DNA of 63,809 bases, the filler included, from Cercozoa sp. M6MM (taxonomy: Eukaryota > Protista > Endomyxa: Ascetosporea): NCBI GenBank assembly GCA_040357565.1. It is 11 parts of 11 records of this genome, joined end to end, with 100 filler letters (N's around TTAATTAATTAA, not from the genome) between each part and the next. Parts side by side here need not be neighbours in the genome. Positions count along the whole stretch, not along the records: positions 16,501 to 24,776 come from JBDODJ010000549.1; positions 24,877 to 27,733 come from JBDODJ010001686.1; positions 27,834 to 31,905 come from JBDODJ010001229.1; positions 32,006 to 38,896 come from JBDODJ010000682.1; 7 more parts are not named here. One strand, 5' to 3'. Position numbers and translations under genes: made by a program. Below are positions 21,968-34,144 of this stretch, piece after piece. Every line of letters begins with the position of its first letter. The stretch's first letter is position 1. Below the pieces are notes generated by a model, which was not told the DNA's origin, made no database searches, and saw only the letters and a list, made by a program, of their open reading frames with translations.

Positions 21968-23587
21968 TGGACGACGACCTGCCTCACGTCGGCGTGCCGC
22001 TGCCTGCGGGAGAGTGCGTTAGCCTACCTTGTGTGTGTGTGTCTGTGTGTGTGCGTGTGTCTGCGCGCCGAGAGTAGATATCACCTTGTTCTGTGCAGGT
22101 ACGATGCTCATTCCGATGTCGGCAACATCATGTCGGATTTGGCCGACGAGGACCAATGGTACTTCCTCGTGATTGACACGTACACTTGCTGCGCCATATC
22201 CAACGGCCCTTGATTTGCGAAGGGACGCGCGCGACGAGCAGATCAAGTCGGCGGTCGGGCGGTTCGCCGGCGGGTTTGAGGGCCAGATGTGCCTCGCATT
22301 TAGTTGCGATGCGTATCCGAAACGTTCGACAATCTGTGCGCCCGTTTCAAGTCCACGCAGATGGCGCTCGGCATGGGTGTCCTAGTGACACACTACGAGC
22401 GCCTGATGCACAACAAGAGCGAGTGCCATGCTGCGCGATCGCCCTCCGACACGGTCGCGGCGCAGCTGGCCTACGTTGGTAGCGTGTCGTGCCGACGGGC
22501 AGGGTCGGACGACACGGAAACAATGTCTATCACCGAGTGGCTGCGGCTAGGCGAGGACGAGTTCGAGGACGAATACGTAGTGCCGGTTGCCCGCCTGGTG
22601 TCGGTGCAGTTCTCTCTGGCGACAGAGCAGTGCGAGGCTGCTTTCCACATGAGCGGCAGCCGCCAGTCTGCGTGCAGTGCACTTTATCGCAACGGCAACA
22701 CGCTGTCGCTGCCTTCCAATGGCGGGAGCGGCACCGCAGGGCAGAAGTTGCGTCTCGTGTCGAATCGGGACCAGCTCGAGCGTGCGGCCGATGCGATCGC
22801 AACGGGTGTGCCCGACGCCGCCTCCAAGACGTGCTCGCGCGAGCTCTCGTTCGCGCAATTCTTTCACAGCCTGCTCAAGATGAAGGGAGACGAAGTGGCC
22901 AAGTTCCTCGGCTTTTCCGACTCGCGCGGCGCAGCCAACCCTGAGTCGGCCCGCGGCCTCGCCGAGCGACTCGTCAGAACGGTGACGAACGAAGTCGAGT
23001 GGCAGGACTTTGCGTTTGCCCGTCGCCGCACGAGGGACTGGCGACATTCGACGCGATCTGCACGCCGAACAGCATCTACCACCCGGCAACGGTGTTCTCG
23101 CCGGAGCAGGCGCAGCTCGACGTGCTGGAGATGGTAGCGGCCGCCCGCACTGACATCACCTCGGCTTTGCTCCACTCGACGCTGGGTGCAACGGATGTGC
23201 TGGTCATCGGTGCCGACGGCGAGATCGACATGAACCGCTACTTCGGCTCGCAGTGGTACCGGATGGGCCCTGTGCCGACGCGCTGCCTCTTCGCAGGCAT
23301 GCAACGCACGACGCTCGGCGAGACCAATGTGCTGCGGGCCAGGGGTGACATCATGTTTTTGTTCGACGGGGGGAGCATTGTGGACGAGAGACGGCGCGAT
23401 GACGTCACCGTCTACTCGGAGATGGTGCAGATCATTCGGTACGCGAAGGGTAACTCGTTTCTTCGTGTCTGCCCTCCCTCCCCCTCTCTGGCCCTGTGCT
23501 CATATGGCGATCAATGCAGATGAGGTCGCCAAGATCGCGAGTCGCTGTGCCAAGAACGGAGCGCCGATGGCAAGCTCAGTCAACTGA
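21968..23587 (+). CDS. Hypothetical protein, multi-exon
   Basis: GC3-rich ORFs 22304-23137 and 22999-23523 join in frame through GT-AG introns 22254-22303 and 23014-23072. No family recognised; ends approximate. Confidence 0.55.
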
Positions 23588-23810
23588 GCACCATGTTATT
23601 CAGGAAGTTTCGGTTTGGTATAATATGCCTGCTGTGAACTCGGTTAGTTATATCAATCAGTTAGTAAGTTGAGTTTTTCGAAACCAACTATGTCCCTTCG
23701 ACATATCCATCGTATCATACTACTGAGTGCCACGGTGCGCCGCTGTGCGTATGGTCAGGGTCACCCAGTTCCGGAGTAGCGTTCGGGTCAGATGTTCGGG
23801 TCAGACAGCG

Positions 23811-24776
23811 TCAGAATGCGAAGATGACGAGCGAGATGGCCATGACGAGCATGCCCAGCAGAAGAGACGGGCCGACAACCTTGTTGTGCCGATCGTACCT
23901 ACCCAGCAGACAGTACAATGATCGCATGATGATCGTATGGACAAGTGTACCGCTGTGCCGTGGGCAGAAGTTCCACCAGCGAGATCCAGACCATCATGCC
24001 GGCCACCAGTCCGAACAGAATGCCGTACACCAAATCATCGAAAAAGTTCACTAGCACAGCGTAGCCCAGCAGGGCACTGCGCTTCCAGATAAACAAGGAT
24101 AGGTCAGGGGGGGGGGGAAGGCTACCCAACAGGCTCGCTGACACCCGACAGGAGTGCCCAGAGAAACGCACGCATCTTGGAACCCGTCGAGTAATAGATC
24201 GGCATCGAAACGACCACTCCTACGGGGGGGGGGGGCAGAGAGTATGGTAGGGAGTACGGTAGGAAGTAGGACTACCCTCAGGAATGTTGTGGATCGCGAT
24301 GGCAGTGGCCAACGCAGCGCCCACCTTGGGGTCATTCAGAGCGGCCGCAAATCTGGGGTAAGACAGAGTGGAGAGGAACGGTAGAGGAAGAGAGAGGGTA
24401 AGGGGGTAAAGACCGAACAATACGTAGCAAGACCTTCCGGGAAGTTGTGCAGAGCAATCGCCAGTCCAGCCAGCAAGGACATCCTGTGGTGAGGGACGGG
24501 GAATAAGGGGGCAAAAGGTTACGGGTAAGTGGGACAAAGGTGAAGGGGACAAACGGGAGACAAAAGTTAAGATAGGGACAAGAAAGGCTAGTGTGCCTAT
24601 TCAACTGATGTTTCTCGTCATGTTCACCCTCATCAGTATCGATGCTGTTGTCAGAGGAGTGTTCCAGATCGACGTCGTCGCTGTTGATGGCGGCAGGAGG
24701 AGCAGCAGGCGCAGTGCCACTGTGGTTCGACAGTGCGTCCAACTCGACCTCGTTGTGCTCCACGCGTTCCATTTCC
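23811..24776 (-). CDS. ZIP family zinc transporter, ZupT/ZTP29-like, 5' partial
   Basis: [98 protein letters not shown]-stop. Confidence 0.95.
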
Positions 24777-24935
24777 NNNNNNNNNNNNNNNNNNNNNNNN
24801 NNNNNNNNNNNNNNNNNNNNTTAATTAATTAANNNNNNNNNNNNNNNNNNNNNNNNNNNNNNNNNNNNNNNNNNNNGGGGGGGGGGGGGTAAGATGGGGG
24901 GTAAGATGGGGGGTAAGATGGGGGGTAAAACCCAA

Positions 24936-25459
24936 GGCCGCCAGGATGAGCGCGAACTTGCGCAGCACGCGGCGAAACGCGGCGCAGTCCGCCGTCGCCG
25001 ACAACACAAGCGTCGGCGCGAACAGGTAGACACCGCGCCGGTAGTGCGCACCCCGCACACGCACCGGCAGTGCCAGCAACTGGCTACACCACACTGGCTG
25101 ATCCTTCACTCCTCCCACCCACTCTAACTAACCGTCACACACACCAGTTCTCCAGTCGCAGAGACACCGTGCGAAACGCCAACTCCTCATCGACTATCAA
25201 AAACGGCGCAGCCCCTGAAACCCCAAAAAACATCGCTTTCTGAAAAACGCTCGTGTCAAGCCAATCTAAGCATACGACGGAACTCTCGGTCACTCAGCAG
25301 CTCTGCTGGCCACTGCGTGCGTATCTGGGGACCAACTACATCGTCAAAGTCGGCGAAAACCACGCCTGGAAGAAAACAAAAAATGTTGTGACATCCTCGC
25401 GACGCGATCGAAACAGACAGTTTTCCTATACCAAGCAGTTCTGGCAACGCCAGCTGCAT
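24936..25459 (-). CDS. NPRL2: GATOR1 subunit NPRL2 (N-terminal longin region), 3' partial
   Basis: GVVFADFDDVVGPQIRTQWPAELLS..F; FLIVDEELAFRTVSL; LLALPVRVRGAHYRRGVYLFAPTLVL..AFRRVLRKFALILAAL, matching the recalled Npr2/NPRL2 N-terminus. Confidence 0.85.
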
Positions 25460-25603
25460 ATCTTAGTAGAAACAACACCAAAGAAGTGACACTTCTGACA
25501 GGAAAACTACATTAAGCATGTTTCGGCTCCTGGGCTCGGTGATTCGGAAAGCGTTGCTTGTGGCTAGCCCGACCTTCTGTATCGTTTTTGGTGTCAATTT
25601 AGC

Positions 25604-26847
25604 ATGGAGGCGCAGTTAGAAGTGCCAGAGAGCGAGTCGTATGCTTCTTTTTCTGAGACTGGAGTCGCTGTGCAGTTGTGTTTGTTGTTGTTAACAGTGG
25701 CGTCGGCGACCTGTCACAGGCACCGCAGACGGCCGAAGAGTTCTTCGCTCGCTTGCGCGCAGAGCGAGAGACGCTGCCGTCGGTTCTGTCTTCGAATCAG
25801 CCGGAACAGCCGGTGGCACCGACTCGGCCGAACCCTCGAAAGCGACGCATGCGTGAAGAGATGCAAGACGATGACGAGGACGAAGAAATCCCTGCAGAAA
25901 CAATTGCAGCACCGGCCGAAAAGCGTGTTCGCAGTGTTTTAGCCTCCAGTGCGAATGCAAAGCTGCCGTCGAAAGAACAGCGACAAGCGATCGTTCGTGA
26001 GTTTGCTGCTGCTCGCCAGACTTCGTCCCAGGTGCGTTTTCTTGGCTCGAAACGCCATCATTCTGCTAAACTTGCTGTTTTAGCGTCACGCTGCGCTAAT
26101 TCAAGCACCTGCGGTGCGACAACGTGCTTTGGAGTCGGTTCAAGTGACTGAAATCGATTTACGTCAGTTGCCAATGTTCCGCGCGGACGCTCTTGTCGGG
26201 TCGAGTCAAGCTGGTGCCTGGAGACGTTTTTGCCAACTCTCTGAGGAACACCAGCGAACAAATACGGAAAACGATGGCAATCGATCGCGTATTGCTGTGT
26301 TGATGGTGCAGTTGTTCTGTGTTTTTTTTTGGTTCACTTTCCGAGTTTTTTGGTTTAACTTTGCGTTTATGGTTTTGAAGGATCATGCTTCGGCTCGCTC
26401 GGCTTTACTGGCCCTGAGCGGTGCACTGCCGCCTCCCATGCCTCGCAGGACACGGATTACTGCCCTCCGTGCCTTGGTGGGTTTCGATTTTTGTTCTTAT
26501 TGAGTTGATTTTTTTCTAAGACTGATGTCTTTTTTTTTGAAGCCGAAGCGAGAGCCGTGGCAGTCGTTGCGCTTGACGTCGGCGTGTTTGCGGTGGCTGC
26601 GTGCGCTGCTTTTGCGAATCGAAGTTCCCTTCGATGCCGATCTGGCATTTGCAATTCGCGTGGTGTGCAAACTTGCCAAGCAGACACGCGACCAGTTGGT
26701 ACGCTTGAGTTTCTCTTGCTTGTTTTGACTGCTATTGTGCGGCTTGGACAGCACGAGCCAATCCGTGAGGAAGACGTTCCGTTGCTGGAGGCACTCAACG
26801 TCGTCGCTGTTGTGATTGAAGACTTCTTTAAACAGCGTGGCCTGTGA
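25604..26847 (+). CDS. GEMIN2: Gem-associated protein 2 (SMN complex, SIP1 family)
   Basis: APQTAEEFFARLRAERETLPSV; PSKEQRQAIVREFAAARQ; WRRFC; RWLRALLLRIEVPFDADLAFAIRVVCK; ALNVVAVVIEDFFKQRGL-stop. Confidence 0.85.
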
Positions 26848-27152
26848 TACCCTGACAGCGCAGTCGATTAAATTAATCTTCGTTGGTTACAGCAGATCTG
26901 CAGTGGAGTTCTACGCATTGATTGTATTTACTCAATGCAAGCGGATCATCTCGAGCAATCTCGAGCAGTTGCTTGATCGGGCTGACCACCGTCAGCGCAC
27001 TCATGGTCTGTCAGAAAAAAACGACCCCCTTTTTTGACTGCTGTAGGAGAATCTCGCACTCGGACGCGCAAAAGTGAGTGCTCAGACGTGTGCTATTCAC
27101 TGTATCCCAGTGCCCGCTGTTTCAGCAACTGCGTCGACTTAGCCAAACTCTG

Positions 27153-27633
27153 ATGGACAGCGAAAGCAATCCGTCCAGTTTTGAGGTGCGTCGCGTTTAA
27201 ACTGCTTCAAGTGAGTGCAAGTAGTGCCAGGTGCTGTCTGGTGCAGTGTGTGGTCACTAAAGTTGCGATTTGTGCGCAAAATTGTGTGTGTTGTGTTACG
27301 ATCAGATTTTGTGACTGTGTTGTGTGGTGTTCGCGTGTGTGTTCTCGCAGTACCACAACGCTCTGTCCGCCGCGGCAGAGTACGTGCTAGAGCGTTGTGG
27401 TTGGCGTCCGCAGCTCGGCATTGTGCTGGGTACATTTACCCCCCCTCCCCGCCCCTTTTAGCTTTTTACTTACCTGATAATTTTTAGGTTCTGGTCTCGG
27501 TGGCTTCGTCGATGCAATCGAGGGTAATGAGGGTTGTAAAGGGATAGGGGAGGGGGTAAGATACTGACTGTACACAGATGCGATCGAGATTCCGTACACG
27601 GAAGTGCCCTTCATGCCAGTCGGCTCTGTCAAG
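27153..27633 (+). CDS. Purine nucleoside phosphorylase (trimeric type), 3' partial
   Basis: AAEYVLERCGWRPQLGIVLG/SGLGGFVDAIE/DAIEIPYTEVPFMPVGSVK across GT-AG introns; runs into the contig end. Confidence 0.92.
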
Positions 27634-28185
27634 GTAGTGTCATGTTTTACCCCCCCTGTTTACCCCCCTGTTTACCCCCCTGTTTACCCCCTGTTTACCT
27701 CCTATTTACCCCTGTTTACCTCCCCCCCCCCCCNNNNNNNNNNNNNNNNNNNNNNNNNNNNNNNNNNNNNNNNNNNNTTAATTAATTAANNNNNNNNNNN
27801 NNNNNNNNNNNNNNNNNNNNNNNNNNNNNNNNNCCCCCCCCCCCCTGAAAGCGCAAGAAACGACAGCTGACGTCAGCATGAACATCAAAAATCTCCCAAC
27901 ACACATTTGCCTTCACGGCCTGCTCACACGGCGTATCTTACTTTTGTGGTCTGACACCTGAAACACCATCTCAATCTATCAGACACACACTATGTGTCGT
28001 TGCCATTGGTGGCACATGAATTTTCTTAAAGGCACAAAGTACGATATAAAAGAAATTACAAAATTCGTTTTTCATGCTGTAAATACTGGCGAAAACTAAG
28101 ACCTCGAAGTTGCTCATACTGATTTCAATTGAAAAACGGAGGGCTAAAGCTGTGCTAAATGACGTAAACTGCCCGCGCTGATAGA

Positions 28186-29167
28186 TCACAGATTCTCTGA
28201 TTTCGTCGGCGTTGCCGGAGCAGCGAAAAAGTCGTCCTGTGGCGTGCCGAGTGCTCGCTCGCGGTGCGTGCGCTGTTCCTGTGTCTGCGCTGTGGCCACG
28301 CGTCGCTCGTACATGCCTTCTAAGCGGACAGAAACAAGAGTATTGAGTGGTGGGTCAGCAGTTGGGTCAGCAGTTAGGTCAGAAGTGGGAGAAACGCCAA
28401 ATATTGTACAAAAAGAAAAAAAAACCTGCAGGCCGTTCTTTCCGTGCACTGCCGAAGAGACCGCTGTACCACTGCACACGAACGCAGACATACAGAGGGA
28501 TGAGAGTGTGCTAAAGGAAGGTGCAGGAGAGACAGGGAGGGTACCCTCTTTTTCTTCTTCCTGACTGGAGGACTGCCGGCTCGAATTCCTGTTTTAAAAG
28601 TTATTTTCAATCCTGTTTTTTCAGTTCAGTTTTGAAAATGAAAAAAAAACGAAACAAGCGAAATAAAGGGTGTACCCAAGTGCGGTGTCGAATCTTCTCT
28701 CAAATGTCGCTGCAGACACGGTCGAAACACACATGATAAGATCCAAATATTGAAGTGGAAGAAACAAAAAAAAAAAGACAAAGCAACCGCTTGCATGTCA
28801 TTCTCGTCACTGAACATTGTGTCGAACTCTTGTTGCAGCACCTGTTCGAACGGAGTGAAGAGGGTGGGGGAGGGGGGGGGGCTAAACAGTCCAACCTTGC
28901 GCAGCCAGTCGTGGTAGGACCACATGTCGACGCCGTAATGCAGCGCCTTTTTGTACAGAGCCTCCGTCGATCTACGGGGGGAGGGGGTAGAGGAGGCAAG
29001 AGAAGGGGGTAAACAGGCAGAGGCACGTGAAGAGCGACAGATCGGCGTCGAAACGTTCGGCAAAGTTCATCTTGTTGGCCAGCGCCGTCAGGTGGAAGAA
29101 CTCGCGATTCGCGTCGTTCTTGAAGCGCACCTTGGTGGTCGACGAGCCCTACACACACACATACACA

Positions 29168-29198
<31 letters not shown>

Positions 29199-30997
29199 GC
29201 ATATATCTGTATCTATATATGGCTATGGTATACTTACATCGATATACATAGATATTATATCGCATTATATATAACATAGACATACACATATGGCTATGGT
29301 ATACTTATATATATATATATATATATATATTGGTATTATATCGCATTATATATAATACATAGACAGACGTACCATGCCAAGCAACGGGTGATTGCCGGTA
29401 GCTTCGCCGAAACTCTCTTCGCTCTGCTCCTTGCTGTCTGTACATATACTCCACTTCCCGACCCCAGTACCCCCCAGTACCTAGCACCCCAAGTACCAAA
29501 GGTAGCGTTGGGCGAGCCCGAGGTCGACGCGGCCAGCAGAGCGTCCTGCTCGTCGAGCTGCGCCTGGAAGCGCAGACACTCGAGAGTGAGCGCATCGCAC
29601 TGCACACGCAGTCGTGTTGCTTCGGTCTCTTCTTGCTTCAGTTGCTGCTGCAGCTGCTGCAGTTGCAGCTGTTGTTGTTGTTGCTGCTGCTGCGACTGCT
29701 GCGCCTGACCCTCGCTGTGCGCCACCTTCTCGCGCAGAGGCTGCAGCTGCCGTCGCAGGTCGGCGCATTCGTCGCCTTGCCGCGCCAGTTGCTGCGTCGC
29801 GTGCGCATGTTCTTCCTGCAGTTGCGACAGCTGCCTCTCCTGCGCATCGCGCTCCGCCTGCAGCGACGCCACCTGCAACCGCAGCGACTCGTTCTGCGAC
29901 TCTGCAGACCCACATACACACAAATTAAACTGCTCCAGATCCCAAAAATTCACCTGAAAACACCCGCTTTGCGCAAAACCAGCTTGAAACTTAAGCTTCA
30001 AAAATTAAAGCTTCGTGTTCACTCGAAGCGAAGCGAAAAAAAGCAGAAGCAAATGCACCTGCTTTTTGCAGCTCATCGAGTTCTTGGCGAAGCTCGCTGC
30101 GCTCGAGCGACAAAACGGCGATTTCTTCGCCCATTCGCGACACTTCGGCCGTTCTGCGCAAATTTCCAGAAAAGCTATCCGCAAGTTTCGAGTGGCATGA
30201 AGCAGAAGCAGCTACAGATGCTTCACGCGCGCTTGCGCTGCTTGCACTTCGCTCTCGTTTATCAAGTTCGAAGCGACGTCGCTTTCGCGCGCGTCGGTGC
30301 TGTCGCGCGACTCGAGCGATCGCTCCTGCTCTGCGAGCTGCGACTCGAGCACGCTGTTGCGCTGCATCAGTTGCTCGAACGACGACACCATCAGCTTGCA
30401 CTGCGCCAATGCACACACAGTGAGAAACACGCGAAAGCAAAGCCAGCGCAAAGCGAAACAACACCGAAAGCGAAAAGCGAAAGCAAAAAGCGAAAAGAAA
30501 AAAGCGAAAAGCGAAAGCAAAAGCGAAGAAGCGAAAAGCGAAAGTGAAAAAGCGAAAAAGCGAGAGAAAAACGAAAGAAGCGAAAAGCAAAAGGGCCAGG
30601 AAGCGAACAGAGCGAAAGCTACGATTTCCTCGGCGAGCGGCGACGTCGGATCACTTCGCACCTGCGCGAGCATCTGCGCCAGTTGCTCCGACGGCGAAGC
30701 AGACGGCGAAGACTCTGGCGCAGCTTTCGTTTCGTCGAGCCGCGTTGCGTCCGTCACTCCGACGGCGGCGTCGTCGTCAAAGTCGAGCAGCTCGTCGTCG
30801 TCGAACGGCAAATCCTCCTCGTCGCTTTCCGGCATCGGCTCGCTCTGCTTTGGCGTTTCTCGCCGAGTTTCGCCAGTTTCGTCGACATTTTCGGCGATTT
30901 CGGCCGCGTTTTCGCCGTCGCTCAACATTTCGTCGTCGAGCTCGGCGAGATCGTCGTCGACCTCGTCAATGGGAGCTTCGATTTCGAAATCCTCCAT
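28186..30997 (-). CDS. Hypothetical protein: acidic N-terminus, long coiled coil with poly-Q, helical C-terminal domain
   Basis: MEDFEIEAPIDEVDDDL..; coiled-coil exons at 29500-30400; C-terminal exons KVRFKNDANREFFHLTALANKMNF / STEALYKKALHYGVDMWSYHDWLRK / VLQQEFDTMF. Confidence 0.65.
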
Positions 30998-31362
30998 CGC
31001 GCTTTGCGCTGCTCCTTCGGTAGGAAAACGACACGATCCAATGCAAGTGACTGCAGCTAAATTTCTTTCGTCGATCACGCAGCGTGACTGCAGTGGGGCA
31101 CGTGCTAGACTGCGATTCCACAACCGAAAATTAATTTGTGCCGGGAAGACGAGATTTTCTGCTCACCTTGACCGAAACACAGCGCTCGGACACTCCAATC
31201 TAACAATTCTGTCGTAACCCGCGCGTGCACACGTCCCAAATCAGAGTACTGGTGCTCGGCGAACGCTAAATTTGCTTAAAGACTCGTTATTTGAAGCGAT
31301 CAGCTGCAAAGGCGTTTGGCAGGCACACAAGCTGAGTTTCGGCACGTGCTACTACCTCAGAG

Positions 31363-31819
31363 ATGTCAGAATTGCGCCGGAGTTTGCTACAGGGTCGACG
31401 CCAAAGAGGATCTTGGCAACCGCGTGAATGGACGGTGCTGCGTTTTTCCCCAGAGGTGGCGTTTCTCGTGTGAGTGATTAGTTGTGCTGTGGTGCAGGAG
31501 TTTTTCACGAGTCGGTGTCAGGTGGCACTGGACACAGAGCGGCAGTTTGAGGTGTACCTGGCGGGGCCAGGTAATGATGCGTTTGGCGGAACTTGAGTTT
31601 AGTTAAGGCTGCGTCTGGGACAGAGGAAGCCGAGGTGCTAGTGGTGCTGTTGCACGGTGCTGGAGCGTCGGCGATGTCATTCGCCGAGTGCGCCAGGATC
31701 CTCGGTCGGCAGCATCGGTACCCCCTCCTTTACCCCCACCCCACCTCCTTTACCCCCCGGCAGAGTGTTGAGTTTCGACATGCGCGGACACGGACACACC
31801 GTGTGTAGCGACGAGAACT
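31363..31819 (+). CDS. PPME1: Protein phosphatase methylesterase 1 (alpha/beta hydrolase), 3' partial
   Basis: MSELRRSLLQGRRQRGSWQPREWT/EFFTSRCQV..FEVYLAGP/..VVLLHGAGASAMSFA..RVLSFDMRGHGHT. Confidence 0.88.
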
Positions 31820-32005
31820 GTGCTTTACCCTATTGAACCCCTACCCTATTTAACCCCTACCCTCTTTACCCCCTACCCTCTTTACCCATACCCCCTTTAC
31901 CCCCTNNNNNNNNNNNNNNNNNNNNNNNNNNNNNNNNNNNNNNNNNNNNTTAATTAATTAANNNNNNNNNNNNNNNNNNNNNNNNNNNNNNNNNNNNNNN
32001 NNNNN

Positions 32006-32058
<53 letters not shown>

Positions 32059-32078
32059 TACACACACACACCCGACTT

Positions 32079-33881
32079 CATACCTCTTGCGTCGTCATGT
32101 TACCGTATGCATCCTATCAAACTGTAACTCCCCTTTTTTCTATACTGGAGCGAACAGTACCTTATGGTTGTTCATCCAGTACTGGTAGTCCTCGATTGTC
32201 AGCTGAAAACTCTCGACAAACTTGTATGCGACTTGACTGATTTCGCGCAAGTCGGCGCGATACAGCTTTATCAAGGCGATGCGAGCCCAGTCACAATCGA
32301 CAGCGTCCTGGCTCGCTTCGCGCAAGACACACGTTTGGTCAAAGAGTGTTAATTCAGTATAGAGTTACCTCCTGGCGGGTTTAGCGACCGAGCGTCCCAT
32401 TTCTTCGAGCAAGTCGGAGTGTGTGTCGGGAATATAATGCGTTGAAAGTAGTCATTTCCCAGTGTAAGCTGTTGCATCAAGAAGAAAATATGTAGATATA
32501 TACATAGATAATTTGTATATATATATAATTGTAATAACCTCACTCGGCTCCCACAAAGGAGCAAGAATGCGCCGGTTGTTCCGCATTGCCTCACGAATCA
32601 CCGCTTTCCAGGGTTCATATTCTCCTCCGACTGGTATCAAAGTAAACTTCAAGTTAAACCGGACTGCCAGTTGCGTGAACCAGCTCTGGGAATTAAATTC
32701 AACACAGTACTCAGAATTGCTATCAGCTGGCTAAAGTTCTACATCTGTGCTAATAGACTGTACCTCCCATGTTGCGGAGTTACTGACGATTGGGATGCAG
32801 TCGAAACTGTGCGGGTTTGACGTGTTAAGACTGGTTTCGTTCAACTCACAGGCAGGGGAGAACCTGCCAGAATCGTCGTGTCCGAACAACGGCAAGATAG
32901 TTTTTGCTTCAAGTGCGAATCGTACTGTTCTTTTACCACTTTCCTCCGACGCAGCCTCGAGCTTCAGTGCACAGTGTGGTATTTCCAAGGTACGCCGAGT
33001 CGGGTTCGAACAGTTCCGACAAGTTCGTGTACATGATGTAGGCTCGATAGTTTTCTATGGTATAATTGATACTGTACATAGAGTCATAGAGTCGAGGCAG
33101 AGAGAAGTGCAATTACAGTACCCAAAAACAACTGGGGGTGGTCCTGTCCGAGAGCGCGGGGAACATAAAGACCATTGGCTCCTAGGAATCCCTAGAACAA
33201 CAACAGGCTTTTTCACATGCGAAACAGAATTTTATCTGACTCGAAAGTCACCAACGAACTAAACTCCAGGAGCCCCTTTTCAAACACGTACTCTCGTAAT
33301 TTTCCTGGATTATCCTACGGGATGCATTTTACTGCTAAACTGCTAAGCTTACCCCGAAGAAGCAACTTATCGAAGGGGTACCGAGGTCCACACTTCAAAG
33401 TCGACATCATACCGCCTGATATTACACCTCCGTTTACCTCAACTGAAGAAAACAAAACTTGGTGCGTAGTACCCGTCAACTAAGGACTCGAAAGTTCCGT
33501 TCGGGTACGTGTATTCTTCTGCTTCGTTTCCAAATAACAACAATAAAACTGGGCATCGCTTAACACTTCGCATTTTACCACTCTCGAGTCCCACTTTCAA
33601 TGTCCGAAACCCTGGTACAAACGGCGCGGAAAGGCTTGAAGTTATCTCGACAGACTCTCGCTAAAGGTAAACTTACCGAGCGCTTTTTGCAGTATCAGCG
33701 TCGTCACTTCCATCGTGATCTTGTGCGAGAGCCAAAAACCGGAACCTCCGACGCGCAGCAAGATGTTCTGGTCGACGGGAAACAATGACTCACGCTTCAG
33801 GGAATCGGGAATGCAAGCCTGCACGACCAAAGTCGCGACCAACTGCCAAAGGCAGAGCGACAGACCAACGGCAAGTCGCAT
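32079..33881 (-). CDS. Secreted or extracellular ProX/OpuAC-like (glycine-betaine-type) solute-binding domain protein, multi-exon, 3' partial
   Basis: Signal peptide MRLAVGLSLCLWQLVATLVVQA; FWLSHKITMEVTTLILQKALG; YDVDFEVW; WKAVIREAMRNNRRILAPLWEPSE; YFQRIIFP; DCDW..LIKLYRADLREISQVAYKFVESFQLTIEDYQYWM; last visible exon DAYGNMTTQE ends in a GT donor before the contig end. Confidence 0.7.
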
Positions 33882-34144
33882 TTTTGGCCTACGAGACGCG
33901 AGCGGACAAGCCAAAGAGTCTGCGTTAACTGCTACAGTAGTTGCCAGCTTGGCTAGTGTCTATATAGCTGTCGCACCAAGTGGACGAATCTGTGGGGTTG
34001 TGCTTAAATTGACCGGGCTTTTGACTAGGATATTAAATTTAGGTTTCATACCGGCAGTAGATTAACTAGGCGAGTTTCCCTTCCCAGCGGAAGTCAAAGT
34101 TGACAGATTAACTTAGACCTTGGGTTTCCTTCTCTCCTGATACG

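Noticed and set aside
22173-23523. Apparent frameshifted pseudogene
   Set aside because: Both frame changes are resolved by GT-AG introns of typical size (22254-22303, 50 nt; 23014-23072, 59 nt).
24776-24936. ZIP transporter and NPRL2 as one gene or true neighbours
   Set aside because: Separated by an artificial linker and from unrelated families; adjacency across linkers is not evidence of linkage.
29633-31217. Long plus-strand ORFs (304 and 306 aa)
   Set aside because: Antisense to the coiled-coil gene and its TTCGC-repeat intron; low complexity.
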